Shown here in pieces: positions 54,999 to 63,263 of a DNA stretch of 63,885 nt. Both the position numbers and the translations under genes were made by a program. Origin of the DNA: Candidatus Levybacteria bacterium RIFCSPLOWO2_12_FULL_41_12 (GTDB lineage Bacteria; Patescibacteriota; Microgenomatia; Levybacterales; UBA12049). Numbering within the stretch: the stretch's first letter is position 1; every line of letters starts with the position of its first letter. The stretch covers positions 1-63,885 of the forward strand of contig MFPL01000008.1 in the NCBI GenBank assembly GCA_001784155.1, given 5' to 3'. The notes beneath the pieces were generated by a model, which was not told the origin of the DNA, searched no databases, and saw only the letters and a list, made by a program, of their open reading frames with translations.

Positions 54999-55552
54999 CA
55001 GGTGTTACCGATCTTCGAGCAGGTGCGATTTTTGAAGAAAATGGAAGTCTATTCCAGGTTTTGTCCTACGCGCACACTAAGATGGGTAGGGGCTCGGCAA
55101 ACATTAAGGTTAAGGTCAAAAACATAAGAAGCGGCGCCACGACAGAAAAAAGTTTTATCAACGGGGCAAAAGTATCTGAAGTATTTGTTACAAAAAAAGA
55201 TCTACAGTATCTTTATAAAGATTTCGAGAAGGCGTATTTTATGGATCCTCTGAGTTTTGAGCAAATAGAAATGCCAATTAAAATAGTAGGTGACGGGCTT
55301 TACTATCTTAAGGAGGGCGGAAAATATAACATTAGCATGCTTGGGGCTGAGCCGCTTTCAATTAATCTTCCTCCCAAAATGGACTTTAAAGTCATGGAAA
55401 CAGGAGGAGGCGCAAAAGGGAACTCCGCTACGAATATTTTTAAGGATGCGGTTTTAGAAAATGGACTTAAAACAAAAGTCCCACTTTTCATAGACGCTGG
55501 GGATTTAATCAAAGTGGACACTAGGACAGGGGAATACACGGCCAAAGCCTAA
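54995..55552 (+). CDS. efp: elongation factor P
   Basis: DLRAGAIF...TKMGRGSANIKVKVKN...; three-domain length; Arg32 at the loop tip. Confidence 0.93.
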   Translation: MTGVTDLRAGAIFEENGSLFQVLSYAHTKMGRGSANIKVKVKNIRSGATTEKSFINGAKVSEVFVTKKDLQYLYKDFEKAYFMDPLSFEQIEMPIKIVGDGLYYLKEGGKYNISMLGAEPLSINLPPKMDFKVMETGGGAKGNSATNIFKDAVLENGLKTKVPLFIDAGDLIKVDTRTGEYTAKA

Positions 55553-55556
55553 TTAT

Positions 55557-56771
55557 ATGCGAAACCCCATTCTTTCAGTACTTTCTATAAAGTCATTTTC
55601 TTTCCTCATGCTCTCCGAACTTTGTTCCCAAATTGCGATGAATCTCTTAAACTTCGTGCTCTTAATCCTGGTTTTTAATATGGTAAGATCAAGCATTGCA
55701 GTATCAGGAGTGATCCTCGCATTTACTATACCGGCCTTGTTATTTGGAATTCTTGCTGGTATTTACGTTGACCGTTGGGAAAAAAAGCACGTCCTTTTCT
55801 ACACAAATGTTTTAAGGGCGCTATTTGTTATTCCGCTTTTTTTTCTTAATACTAATCTTTTTGCAATTTATTCAATTACTTTTGCCGTTTCCCTCGTTAC
55901 CCAGTTTTTCATTCCTGCGGAAGCCCCGATGATTCCATTAATCGTAAGGAAAGAACTTTTACTATCAGCAAACGCCCTTTTTAGTATGGGCATTTTTGCT
56001 TCAATTCTCATAGCCTATGCTATATCGGGTCCGTTTCTACTCTTTTTTGGAGAATCCAATGGATTTATTGTTATATCAATTTTTTTCCTCCTCTCATCGC
56101 TTTTTGCTTATTTGATAAAGACCATGAGGAAAGAAAGAGCTCCAGCAGGAGAAAGAAGGGCAATAACTTCTATGAAGAAAGATTTGTTAAATACGCTTTA
56201 CTTGCTTAGGAAGCTAAAAAAGATTTCACAGGCCTTATTTATTTTAACTTTTCTTCAAACTCTGATTTTAACTATTGCAGTTGTTGGGCCAGGTTTTGCC
56301 GAAGATATTCTGGGTATAAGGGTTGAGGAATTCCCGGTGCTATTTATTGCACCTGCTGTTGTAGGAATAGGATTTGCAGCTTTTGTTCTGGGTAACTACT
56401 TTCACAAGAGCTCGAGGAAGAAAATGGTGCGGTTGGGGTTATTTATTATGGGAGCTATTTTGTTGATTTCACCCTACGCATCTTCCTATAGGGGATATAA
56501 CCTATTGCATATTATGGCAATTATGTCATTTATTATGGGAATAGCATTTGCGCTAATCTTTATTCCGTCGAATACGGTTTTACAGGAAGAGTCAACTGAT
56601 GAAATGAGAGGAAAAGTTTACGGGTTCCTAAATACGCTTGTAGGTGGCGTATCGATAATTCCAGTTTTAGCTGTAGGATCAATTGCGGATGCATTCGGAG
56701 TTGCCAAAGTCCTGTCAGTTATGGGTATAATTATTCTTGTAATTTCTCAATTTCGTTTAAGTCTTAAATAA
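55557..56771 (+). CDS. MFS transporter
   Basis: 12-TM profile, GIYVDRWEKK loop motif. Confidence 0.8.
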   Translation: MRNPILSVLSIKSFSFLMLSELCSQIAMNLLNFVLLILVFNMVRSSIAVSGVILAFTIPALLFGILAGIYVDRWEKKHVLFYTNVLRALFVIPLFFLNTNLFAIYSITFAVSLVTQFFIPAEAPMIPLIVRKELLLSANALFSMGIFASILIAYAISGPFLLFFGESNGFIVISIFFLLSSLFAYLIKTMRKERAPAGERRAITSMKKDLLNTLYLLRKLKKISQALFILTFLQTLILTIAVVGPGFAEDILGIRVEEFPVLFIAPAVVGIGFAAFVLGNYFHKSSRKKMVRLGLFIMGAILLISPYASSYRGYNLLHIMAIMSFIMGIAFALIFIPSNTVLQEESTDEMRGKVYGFLNTLVGGVSIIPVLAVGSIADAFGVAKVLSVMGIIILVISQFRLSLK

Positions 56772-57451
56772 TGGAATTAATAATTCTTGCCATTTCAATA
56801 TTAATCTTTTTCTATGTATTACATTATTTCGTACGCGATGATTTTATAATACTGCGAAAAAATACGTCCGCAGAGCAAGTTTTTAATATGATTTTTTTGG
56901 CTTTCATTTTTGCATTTATTTTATCGCGCTTGTTATTCATCGTGCAGAACCAGAACCCTGTATACCTTAATCCCCTTGTATTCCTGGCATTCCCGTACTT
57001 TCCTGGTTTTTCATTGACAGGCGGACTTCTGGGAGGAGCGTTATTCTCGGTGTGGTATACAAGAAGGAAAAAGTTTCCCGGTAAAAGAATCTTTGATTTT
57101 ATCTCTCTTTCTTTAGCTTGGAGTATACCCGTATATGGTTTTCTTTCGATAGTAATATTTAGGAGATTCTCTAAAGCGCCATTAATTGAGACAGCGATGT
57201 TCACTTTTCTTTTAGTAATTTTTTCCGTTTTTCTCATGCCCAAGTATATGGCGGGTAAAATTAAAGACGGTTTTATTACAGGTGTATTTTGTATGGGATA
57301 TTCGGCAATACTTATATTAGTTAGTTTCTTAGAAGACCGGCAGATATCGGCAATGGCGCTAGAAGACCTACTTTTGATACCGATTTTTATTGCAGGCTTA
57401 TTCCTTATCCTGAGGGAACAATTGATGCCCAAGATTAGAGATTTAAAATGA
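56771..57451 (+). CDS. polytopic membrane protein, weak resemblance to Lgt central region
   Basis: FSLTGGLLGGALFSVWYTRRKKF...FDF resembles Lgt but the GRxGNF motif is absent. Confidence 0.4.
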   Translation: MELIILAISILIFFYVLHYFVRDDFIILRKNTSAEQVFNMIFLAFIFAFILSRLLFIVQNQNPVYLNPLVFLAFPYFPGFSLTGGLLGGALFSVWYTRRKKFPGKRIFDFISLSLAWSIPVYGFLSIVIFRRFSKAPLIETAMFTFLLVIFSVFLMPKYMAGKIKDGFITGVFCMGYSAILILVSFLEDRQISAMALEDLLLIPIFIAGLFLILREQLMPKIRDLK

Positions 57452-58170
57452 GAATTATTTATGAGGATGAGGCTATCGCAGTTACGGATAAACCCTCGGG
57501 GATTACAGTGAACAGGTCGGATACAACAAGAAATGAAAAAACGGTTCAAGACTGGGTAGACTCTGAGCTTAAAATAGATACAGCAGGGTCTTCTGATGAC
57601 TTAAGCTTCAAAGACAGATCGGGGATAGTACACCGTTTAGACAAAGAGACTTCGGGAATACTTCTCATTGCCAAAACCATGCAGGCTTTTGAAAGTCTGC
57701 AGAAGCAATTTAAGGATAGATTGGTAGAAAAAGCCTATAAAGCCCTAGTGCATGGAAGACTGACGCCTTCCGAGGGCGAAATAGTTGTTCCTGTGGGAAG
57801 GCTTCCATGGAATCGTAAAAGATTCGGTATCCTGGCTGGCGGAAGAGAAGCTACGACAAATTATAAAGTATTGGAAATAAAAAGATTTGAGAAGAAACCG
57901 GGAAAAACAGAGGAGTTATCGCTTCTGGAGGCGTATCCTAAAACCGGGAGAACACATCAAATAAGAGTACACCTTAAGTACTGCGGACATCCTATATTCT
58001 CCGATTCACTTTATGCAGGCAGAAAGGTGGCTAGGGAAGACAGAAAGTTTTTGCCAAGACTATTCTTGCATGCTGCGAAAATATCGTTTATACACCCCCT
58101 GTCGGAGAAGAGGGTCTCGTTTGATTCGGACCTACCGGAGGACTTAAGCGGCTTTTTAAGGAGGCTATAA
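57448..58170 (+). CDS. RluA-family pseudouridine synthase
   Basis: catalytic HRLDKETSGILLIAK, TGRTHQIRVH. Confidence 0.9.
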   Translation: MRIIYEDEAIAVTDKPSGITVNRSDTTRNEKTVQDWVDSELKIDTAGSSDDLSFKDRSGIVHRLDKETSGILLIAKTMQAFESLQKQFKDRLVEKAYKALVHGRLTPSEGEIVVPVGRLPWNRKRFGILAGGREATTNYKVLEIKRFEKKPGKTEELSLLEAYPKTGRTHQIRVHLKYCGHPIFSDSLYAGRKVAREDRKFLPRLFLHAAKISFIHPLSEKRVSFDSDLPEDLSGFLRRL

Positions 58171-58200
58171 TTTGTTACTATCTATTAGGAGGTGATTTTT

Positions 58201-58332
58201 ATGGGTCTTGGAGGGTATTTTAAAGGAGAGAAGAAAAAGCCAAAAAAAGATAAAACGGCAAAAAATATTGCCAACAATTATTCTTCTTTCAGCTTGCCCG
58301 AAATTGTGAGCAAAAAGAAGAAGGACTATTAG
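58201..58332 (+). CDS. 43-aa Lys-rich small protein (below the ORF-track cutoff)
   Basis: ATG preceded by TAGGAGGTGAT SD at 58186-58196; stop 1 nt before next gene. Confidence 0.45.
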   Translation: MGLGGYFKGEKKKPKKDKTAKNIANNYSSFSLPEIVSKKKKDY

Positions 58333-58333
58333 T

Positions 58334-59122
58334 ATGAGGAGTAAAAAACAAAAGGAGAAGAAGAACAACCTTAAGGTGGCAATCGTTTTCATAGGCATTA
58401 TTGTTCTTTTGGTTGTATTTTCTTTACTTGTTAGGTTTATTATTGCTTTTAACAGTAGCAAGTTTGATGGGGAGAGTCCCCTTAGCATAGAAATAGATAA
58501 TGGACGAAGTGCAGGTGTTCTTACACTCTCACCCGGGGATAAAAAAGTTTCTCTTATTAAGGTCGACAATGGGGGAGCCGATGTCTCAGATTTTCTAGGG
58601 ATAGGTGCAGAAGCTAAAATTAAATCGGACTCTTTTTTGCTTAGTGAAGAGATAAGAAATGAAGTATTTAAGCTTCTTATTGATTATGGAGGAGTGAGAG
58701 CAGATCTTAACGCTTTCGACAGGATAAGAATAGTGTTTTTTGTCAAATCTACGCATTCAGATTCTATTAAGGAGATAACGATTTCGCCGTCAGCAACCTC
58801 AAGCCAGGTTGATCAGATTGTTTCGAGCCTTATCTCGGACAAAAAAATAATTGAAGAAGGATTATCGATCGAGGTAAAGAATGCTTCTGGTATCGATGGA
58901 CTGGGTACGAAAATCGCAAGAGTTATAGCTAATTTTGGAGGAAATGTAATCTTGGTTAGTTCTTCTGAAGACATCCTGGACGCTTCTTATGTTGGGTACT
59001 CAGGAAGAAAAACGTATACAGTCAAAAGGCTATCAAAAGTCTTCGGAATGAATAGCAAGAACGAAAAAGAAAGTTCCATAGCCGATGTTCTTATAATCAT
59101 TGGAAAGGATAGGGAAGAATAA
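58334..59122 (+). CDS. membrane protein with LytR_C-type C-terminal domain
   Basis: N-terminal TM, IEVKNASGIDGLGTKIARVIANFGG. Confidence 0.62.
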   Translation: MRSKKQKEKKNNLKVAIVFIGIIVLLVVFSLLVRFIIAFNSSKFDGESPLSIEIDNGRSAGVLTLSPGDKKVSLIKVDNGGADVSDFLGIGAEAKIKSDSFLLSEEIRNEVFKLLIDYGGVRADLNAFDRIRIVFFVKSTHSDSIKEITISPSATSSQVDQIVSSLISDKKIIEEGLSIEVKNASGIDGLGTKIARVIANFGGNVILVSSSEDILDASYVGYSGRKTYTVKRLSKVFGMNSKNEKESSIADVLIIIGKDREE

Positions 59123-59124
59123 GC

Positions 59125-59280
59125 ATGATTATATGGATTATTGTTGGTATCGCTGTTGTTTCAATTGTATTATCCTTGCGGTCTCTAAAAAATGAAAACG
59201 GGAAAAAGGAGATAACTTCTACAAAGAAAGAGTTAGAAAAGGGTAAAGTTCTCTATAAGTCTCATTCCTCTTCTTCGTAG
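59125..59280 (+). CDS. 51-aa single-TM small protein (below the ORF-track cutoff)
   Basis: MIIWIIVGIAVVSIVLSL then Lys-rich tail; ATG 2 nt after upstream stop. Confidence 0.4.
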   Translation: MIIWIIVGIAVVSIVLSLRSLKNENGKKEITSTKKELEKGKVLYKSHSSSS

Positions 59281-59987
59281 GAACCCTCTTCTTCGTCTTC
59301 TTCTTTTCTTTCAGCCTTGCCTTTCAGTTTTTTTATAGGAAGTTTTTTCTCGGAGAATACGAATGAGGCCTGGTCTTTAAATCTGGCAGATTTTTTTACC
59401 TCCCTGAGAAATATGCTTACCGAGTTAGGAGATGAAGACCTGACATATGCTTCGTATTTGCTTCCTCCCCTCATAAATTTAATAAGCCTTTTGCCGATGT
59501 CATCGGGAAGTACGCCAATGTATTGCTTTTCACCCTGCTGAACAAAAATCTTAGACCTCTTAATATATAAATCGAGGCTTTGACCTGTTCTTAGTTTAGA
59601 TATGATTTGGGCTTGTGCGGTATTTATCAACTCCACCACCTTTGTTTTACCAGTTTCTTCAAGAAAAGTATTGTTAACCAGGAGAATTTGTGAAACACCA
59701 TTCTTTCTTGATGGATCCGTCTTTAATTTTTTTAAGCCCTTTATTGCGATTGAATTGAGAGGATCTAGGCTTAATACCTTTTGATAAGTAGATTTGGACT
59801 TTTCTGATTTTCCTACAATAGAGAATGCTAATGCAAGCCTGTTAAGCGTCTCGGTATCTTCGGGTGTTTCTTTGAGAAGCTCTGTGTTTATTTTAATGGC
59901 TTTTTCCCAGTTGCCTTCGAGTGCGGTTTTAATGGCGTCGTCTTTAGAATGTGATGAAATTGAGGCTTGTTTTTTGATTGAGAGATT
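59262..59987 (-). CDS. TPR-repeat protein; start codon unresolved
   Basis: frame open from 59987; codons 59640-59987 read as TPR (DDAIKTALEGNWEKAIKINTELLKETPEDTETLNRLALAFSIVGK...) yet contain no ATG/GTG/TTG; track ORF starts only at GTG 59639. Confidence 0.65.
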   Translation of the reverse strand, partial: NLSIKKQASISSHSKDDAIKTALEGNWEKAIKINTELLKETPEDTETLNRLALAFSIVGKSEKSKSTYQKVLSLDPLNSIAIKGLKKLKTDPSRKNGVSQILLVNNTFLEETGKTKVVELINTAQAQIISKLRTGQSLDLYIKRSKIFVQQGEKQYIGVLPDDIGKRLIKFMRGGSKYEAYVRSSSPNSVSIFLREVKKSARFKDQASFVFSEKKLPIKKLKGKAERKEEDEEEGSYEEEE

Positions 59988-60039
59988 TTACTATACATTT
60001 ATTGCAAAAGTCAAGGAATAGACGATATAATGAGAGACT

Positions 60040-60762
60040 ATGAGTGGGCATTCGAAATGGGCACAAATTAAACGCCAAAAAGGTACGGCAGATGTTAAAA
60101 GAGGCTTAACATTTACTAAGATTTCAAACGCTATTACAATTGCTGTAAAGCAGGGTGGGGGAGTATCGGATCCTGAACAAAATTTTAAATTAAGGCTCGC
60201 TATTGATGCTGCAAAAAACGCAAATATGCCTAAGGAGAATGTTGAAAGAGCAATTCTCAGGGCAAAGGGTAAAGAGGCTAGAGACATAGAGGAAGTTATC
60301 TATGAGGGGTTCGCTCCGGGCGGAGTATCGGTAATAATTGAGGCAGCTACGGATAATCCCAATAGGACTACATCTGAAGTAAAGGGGATCTTTAATAAGG
60401 CAGGTGCAAGTTTTGGTCAGCCGGGATCGGTAGTCTATCAATTTAAAAGCATGGGTCAGATTATAGTGAAAAAAAATGAAAGGCAGTTTGATGAAGTATT
60501 TCAAGTAGCAGCAGATAATGGGGCAGAGGACGTAGAAGATTTAGGCGATGAGGCGGTAATTTATTCCTCACCTTCGGATGTAGGGGCGTTAAGAGACATA
60601 CTGTCGGGAAACGGATTCGATGTGTTAAGTGCTGAGATAGTAAGACAAGCAGTAAATAAAATCGAGATTAAAGACGATGAGAGTCTTTCTAAGATAGGAA
60701 ATTTTGTTGAGAATTTAGAAAACTTAGACGATGTTCAAAGAGTTTATACAAACATTTCTTAA
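60040..60762 (+). CDS. yebC: YebC/PmpR family protein
   Basis: MSGHSKWAQIKRQK N-terminus. Confidence 0.93.
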   Translation: MSGHSKWAQIKRQKGTADVKRGLTFTKISNAITIAVKQGGGVSDPEQNFKLRLAIDAAKNANMPKENVERAILRAKGKEARDIEEVIYEGFAPGGVSVIIEAATDNPNRTTSEVKGIFNKAGASFGQPGSVVYQFKSMGQIIVKKNERQFDEVFQVAADNGAEDVEDLGDEAVIYSSPSDVGALRDILSGNGFDVLSAEIVRQAVNKIEIKDDESLSKIGNFVENLENLDDVQRVYTNIS

Positions 60763-61573
60763 AGGTAGGAGAGTAGAGAGCGTTGCCAGGAGGGTTGGTC
60801 TATCGGGAATAACCAAGAGGCAGAGGTTTGCGATCGGGGTAATTTTTCTATCTTTATCCTTATTTATCACAGAGCATTTTTTAGGGGGATCGGGAATTGT
60901 TGGGGTATTTGTTCTTTCAGCTCTCGCAGACATTTTTCTCTTCTGGGCAATATATAAAGATCTTCGGGAAAACTTCGCACCCCACAATTTCATTCTTCCT
61001 TTCTTTTACACTTTAGCTTTTGGTCTTTTTTACCTTTTAGTTCCAGCGCGTCTTATTACTCGATTTTTTATGACCTCCATATACGCTTTGGGACTATATT
61101 CAATTTTTCTAAGCCAGAATATATTCACAGTCTCAGCGATAAGAACCATAGCGCTCCTTTCTGGAGCCAGAACTGTTTCTTTTGTCATAACACTTGTTGT
61201 TTATTTTTTTCTCACAAATGTAATCTTTTCCTTCCATCTAAATATCGCTATTACGCTTTTACTTCTTTTCTCTACGTCTCTTCCTCTAATACTCCATTCA
61301 ATCTGGACTTACACCCTTGATAAGAGTCTAACGCATTCAATTTCTTGGGGGCTACTTTTGAGTCTATGTATCCTGGAGCTAACGATTCTCTTATGGTTCT
61401 GGCCAAGTACGCCAACAGTAATCGCACTTTTCCTCACTGGATTTTTTTATATAATCGTTGGTCTTTCGCATATTTGGCTCGAAAAGAGACTTTTCAAAAG
61501 CGTAGTGTTGGAATATAGCTGGGTAGCAATAGTTGTATTCACAGTTCTTGTTCTTTTTACTTCCTGGACGTAA
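60731..61573 (+). CDS. polytopic membrane orphan protein
   Basis: ~8 hydrophobic helices; 32-nt overlap with yebC. Confidence 0.62.
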   Translation: MFKEFIQTFLKGRRVESVARRVGLSGITKRQRFAIGVIFLSLSLFITEHFLGGSGIVGVFVLSALADIFLFWAIYKDLRENFAPHNFILPFFYTLAFGLFYLLVPARLITRFFMTSIYALGLYSIFLSQNIFTVSAIRTIALLSGARTVSFVITLVVYFFLTNVIFSFHLNIAITLLLLFSTSLPLILHSIWTYTLDKSLTHSISWGLLLSLCILELTILLWFWPSTPTVIALFLTGFFYIIVGLSHIWLEKRLFKSVVLEYSWVAIVVFTVLVLFTSWT

Positions 61574-62203
61574 CAAAAAGCGTGCGCAAATAGCCTCGAA
61601 ACTTTCCAAAAAAAAATTACATTGAAGGCAGGGTAGAGGAGTGGGCAGCAGAGGAGAATGATACGGTTTGATTATATTGCCCTTGATATGCTTTGATACA
61701 GTCGATGTACAAAATATTATAGGACGTTACGGTTCAAATTTTAGCTTTAAATTCAAAATTTCACAGCATTTTGAATGACTTTTCACAGCTTTATAGCTCA
61801 CAACTCCTCAATCTCGAGATGAAATTATCAGGTCTGTGTGGATAACTTTTGTTCAAAGTAGCCACTACTTGGAGTAGGCTCTCTCAGTCCTACCCGTTAA
61901 GCATGCAACAAATATACATCGAAAAAAACACGAACGCTATTTGATATTATTTGAGATTAAATTATATCGTTTGGGCTGAATTAACAATCTAAATAAAGTG
62001 CGACCATTAGACCCTCTGTGGAAGAGGTGAGCTCCGGTGCGCACCCGTATGGCTTTATAAGTGGAAACATATACAAACTACATTGTGTGTACATAAAGAG
62101 GGAGCATATAGTTCACCGTAGGGGTTCTCTCCACCATAATCCTTACATCTGACTAACTATTGAATAGAATAGGTATCTAAGCGGCAGAGAGGTGAAAGTG
62201 ATT

Positions 62204-62302
62204 ATGTCGCACAATAATACTTTTACGACGCCACTCAGCCTCGATTCCGAGGGGAGAACCTTTTTTATTCGACCTAAAGATTGTCATTGTTTAACGATTT
62301 AA
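62204..62302 (+). CDS. candidate 32-aa peptide in the ORF-free region
   Basis: only start in the gap with a genome-typical SD (GAGGTGA 62189-62195, 8-nt spacer); MSHNNTFTTPLSLDSEGRTFFIRPKDCHCLTI. Confidence 0.25.
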   Translation: MSHNNTFTTPLSLDSEGRTFFIRPKDCHCLTI

Positions 62303-62481
62303 TTACTTACGCCTCTTTTTGTCGTTACGGTTGCCCTAATTTATTGGCAATACTTCGAATTGCTTCCTCCCCTACTATAGGTTGGTTAAATAAGAAAAAT
62401 TTGAGGCTAAATGAAGCTAAATTGTTATACTATTGAAGTTCCCTAGCCTCGGAAGTGAGCTTTTACTGGGCAATAAATACC

Positions 62482-63201
62482 TCAGTGCCTATCTATCTCA
62501 GCAATAAGTTCTCCCCAGCTGCTTTTAGCTTTGGCCAAAGCTTTACGCATCTCATCCATAAGATATTTTGCCTCGGCCGGGTAAGCTTTGATCGCTCTCG
62601 TAAATATCGGAAAAAGAACTTTTTCGGTCTCTCTAACGATTAATCTTTGCTTAGCTATAGAAAGATACTCAAGCGTTCTGGCGTTATGAAGTCTTTCAGC
62701 TAGTTTAGCCATAACAGCCTCAACAGGTCCATCTTCGAGTTTGGCTGCGAAAAGCGCATCAGCCTGTTCTTTAGTATATACGTCGATGTTATTTACCTTT
62801 GGTCTTTGCAATGCTATTGCTATATCTGCAGTCTGTGCGTCAAATCCTTTAGAAAATCCAAGGCAAATATTTTCCATCCATTGTGCATGCGAAATAGCTC
62901 TTGGATTTCCGAATGCCATTGTGTTCTCGGGGATATCATGCGTTAGGGTACCGACTAGAGTGGGTACATCCGAGTACCCGAGGCTTAGAAGATAGAGCGC
63001 AGCAGCCAATGGATGCTGGACGAATGGTGCGCCGCTTTCCCGGCGTTCAGTAGCGTGTAGCGTAGTGGCCATGGTAAGAGCGGATATTATCTTAATTTTT
63101 CCCGCTGCATCAACCTTTTCTCCCATGGCATGTACCAAGTCAGCCATAGTATAGGTTCTCTCAGGTTGGAGCGGTCTTATTCTTTCTGCCTGCGATGTCA
63201 T
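62482..63201 (-). CDS. stand-alone RelA/SpoT-type HD-domain (p)ppGpp hydrolase (small alarmone hydrolase-like)
   Basis: HATERRESGAPFVQHPLAAAL, LTHDIPENT (HD), KLAERLHNARTL motifs in the order of the RelA/SpoT hydrolase domain; no synthetase domain. Confidence 0.78.
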   Translation of the reverse strand: MTSQAERIRPLQPERTYTMADLVHAMGEKVDAAGKIKIISALTMATTLHATERRESGAPFVQHPLAAALYLLSLGYSDVPTLVGTLTHDIPENTMAFGNPRAISHAQWMENICLGFSKGFDAQTADIAIALQRPKVNNIDVYTKEQADALFAAKLEDGPVEAVMAKLAERLHNARTLEYLSIAKQRLIVRETEKVLFPIFTRAIKAYPAEAKYLMDEMRKALAKAKSSWGELIAEIDRH

Positions 63202-63207
63202 GGGTGA

Positions 63208-63236
63208 ATTATACGATTCCTAAGGCTGGAAGTCAA
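63208..63236 (-). promoter_or_regulatory. promoter TTGACT-N17-TATAAT, ATG 6 nt downstream (leaderless geometry)
   Basis: minus-strand TATAAT 63208-63213, TTGACT 63231-63236, ATG 63199-63201. Confidence 0.7.
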
Positions 63237-63263
63237 ACTATGGGATAAGAAAAGTGCTTAGAG

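Noticed and set aside
15191-58569. Long antisense ORFs (15191-15550, 21544-22095, 34667-34981, 37395-37841, 42967-43383, 52485-52844, 56824-57549, 58165-58569 and many shorter ones)
   Set aside because: Each lies opposite a gene with clear family motifs and has low-complexity or hydrophobic shadow composition.
61837-61845. Perfect DnaA box TGTGGATAA in the ORF-free gap (possible oriC)
   Set aside because: Only one perfect box is present, and nearby candidates match at most 6-7 of 9. A single 9-mer is expected by chance in 64 kb. No dnaA or dnaN is adjacent, and the flanking genes converge rather than diverge.
61998-62002. GTGCG, the group II intron 5' consensus
   Set aside because: No domain V-like hairpin (AGC ... 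GNRA ... ) or intron-encoded protein could be found downstream.
62036-62064. dif-like start GGTGCGCA (terminus recombination site)
   Set aside because: Only the first 8 nt resemble the E. coli XerC arm. The central region and XerD arm (TTATGTTAAAT) are not present.
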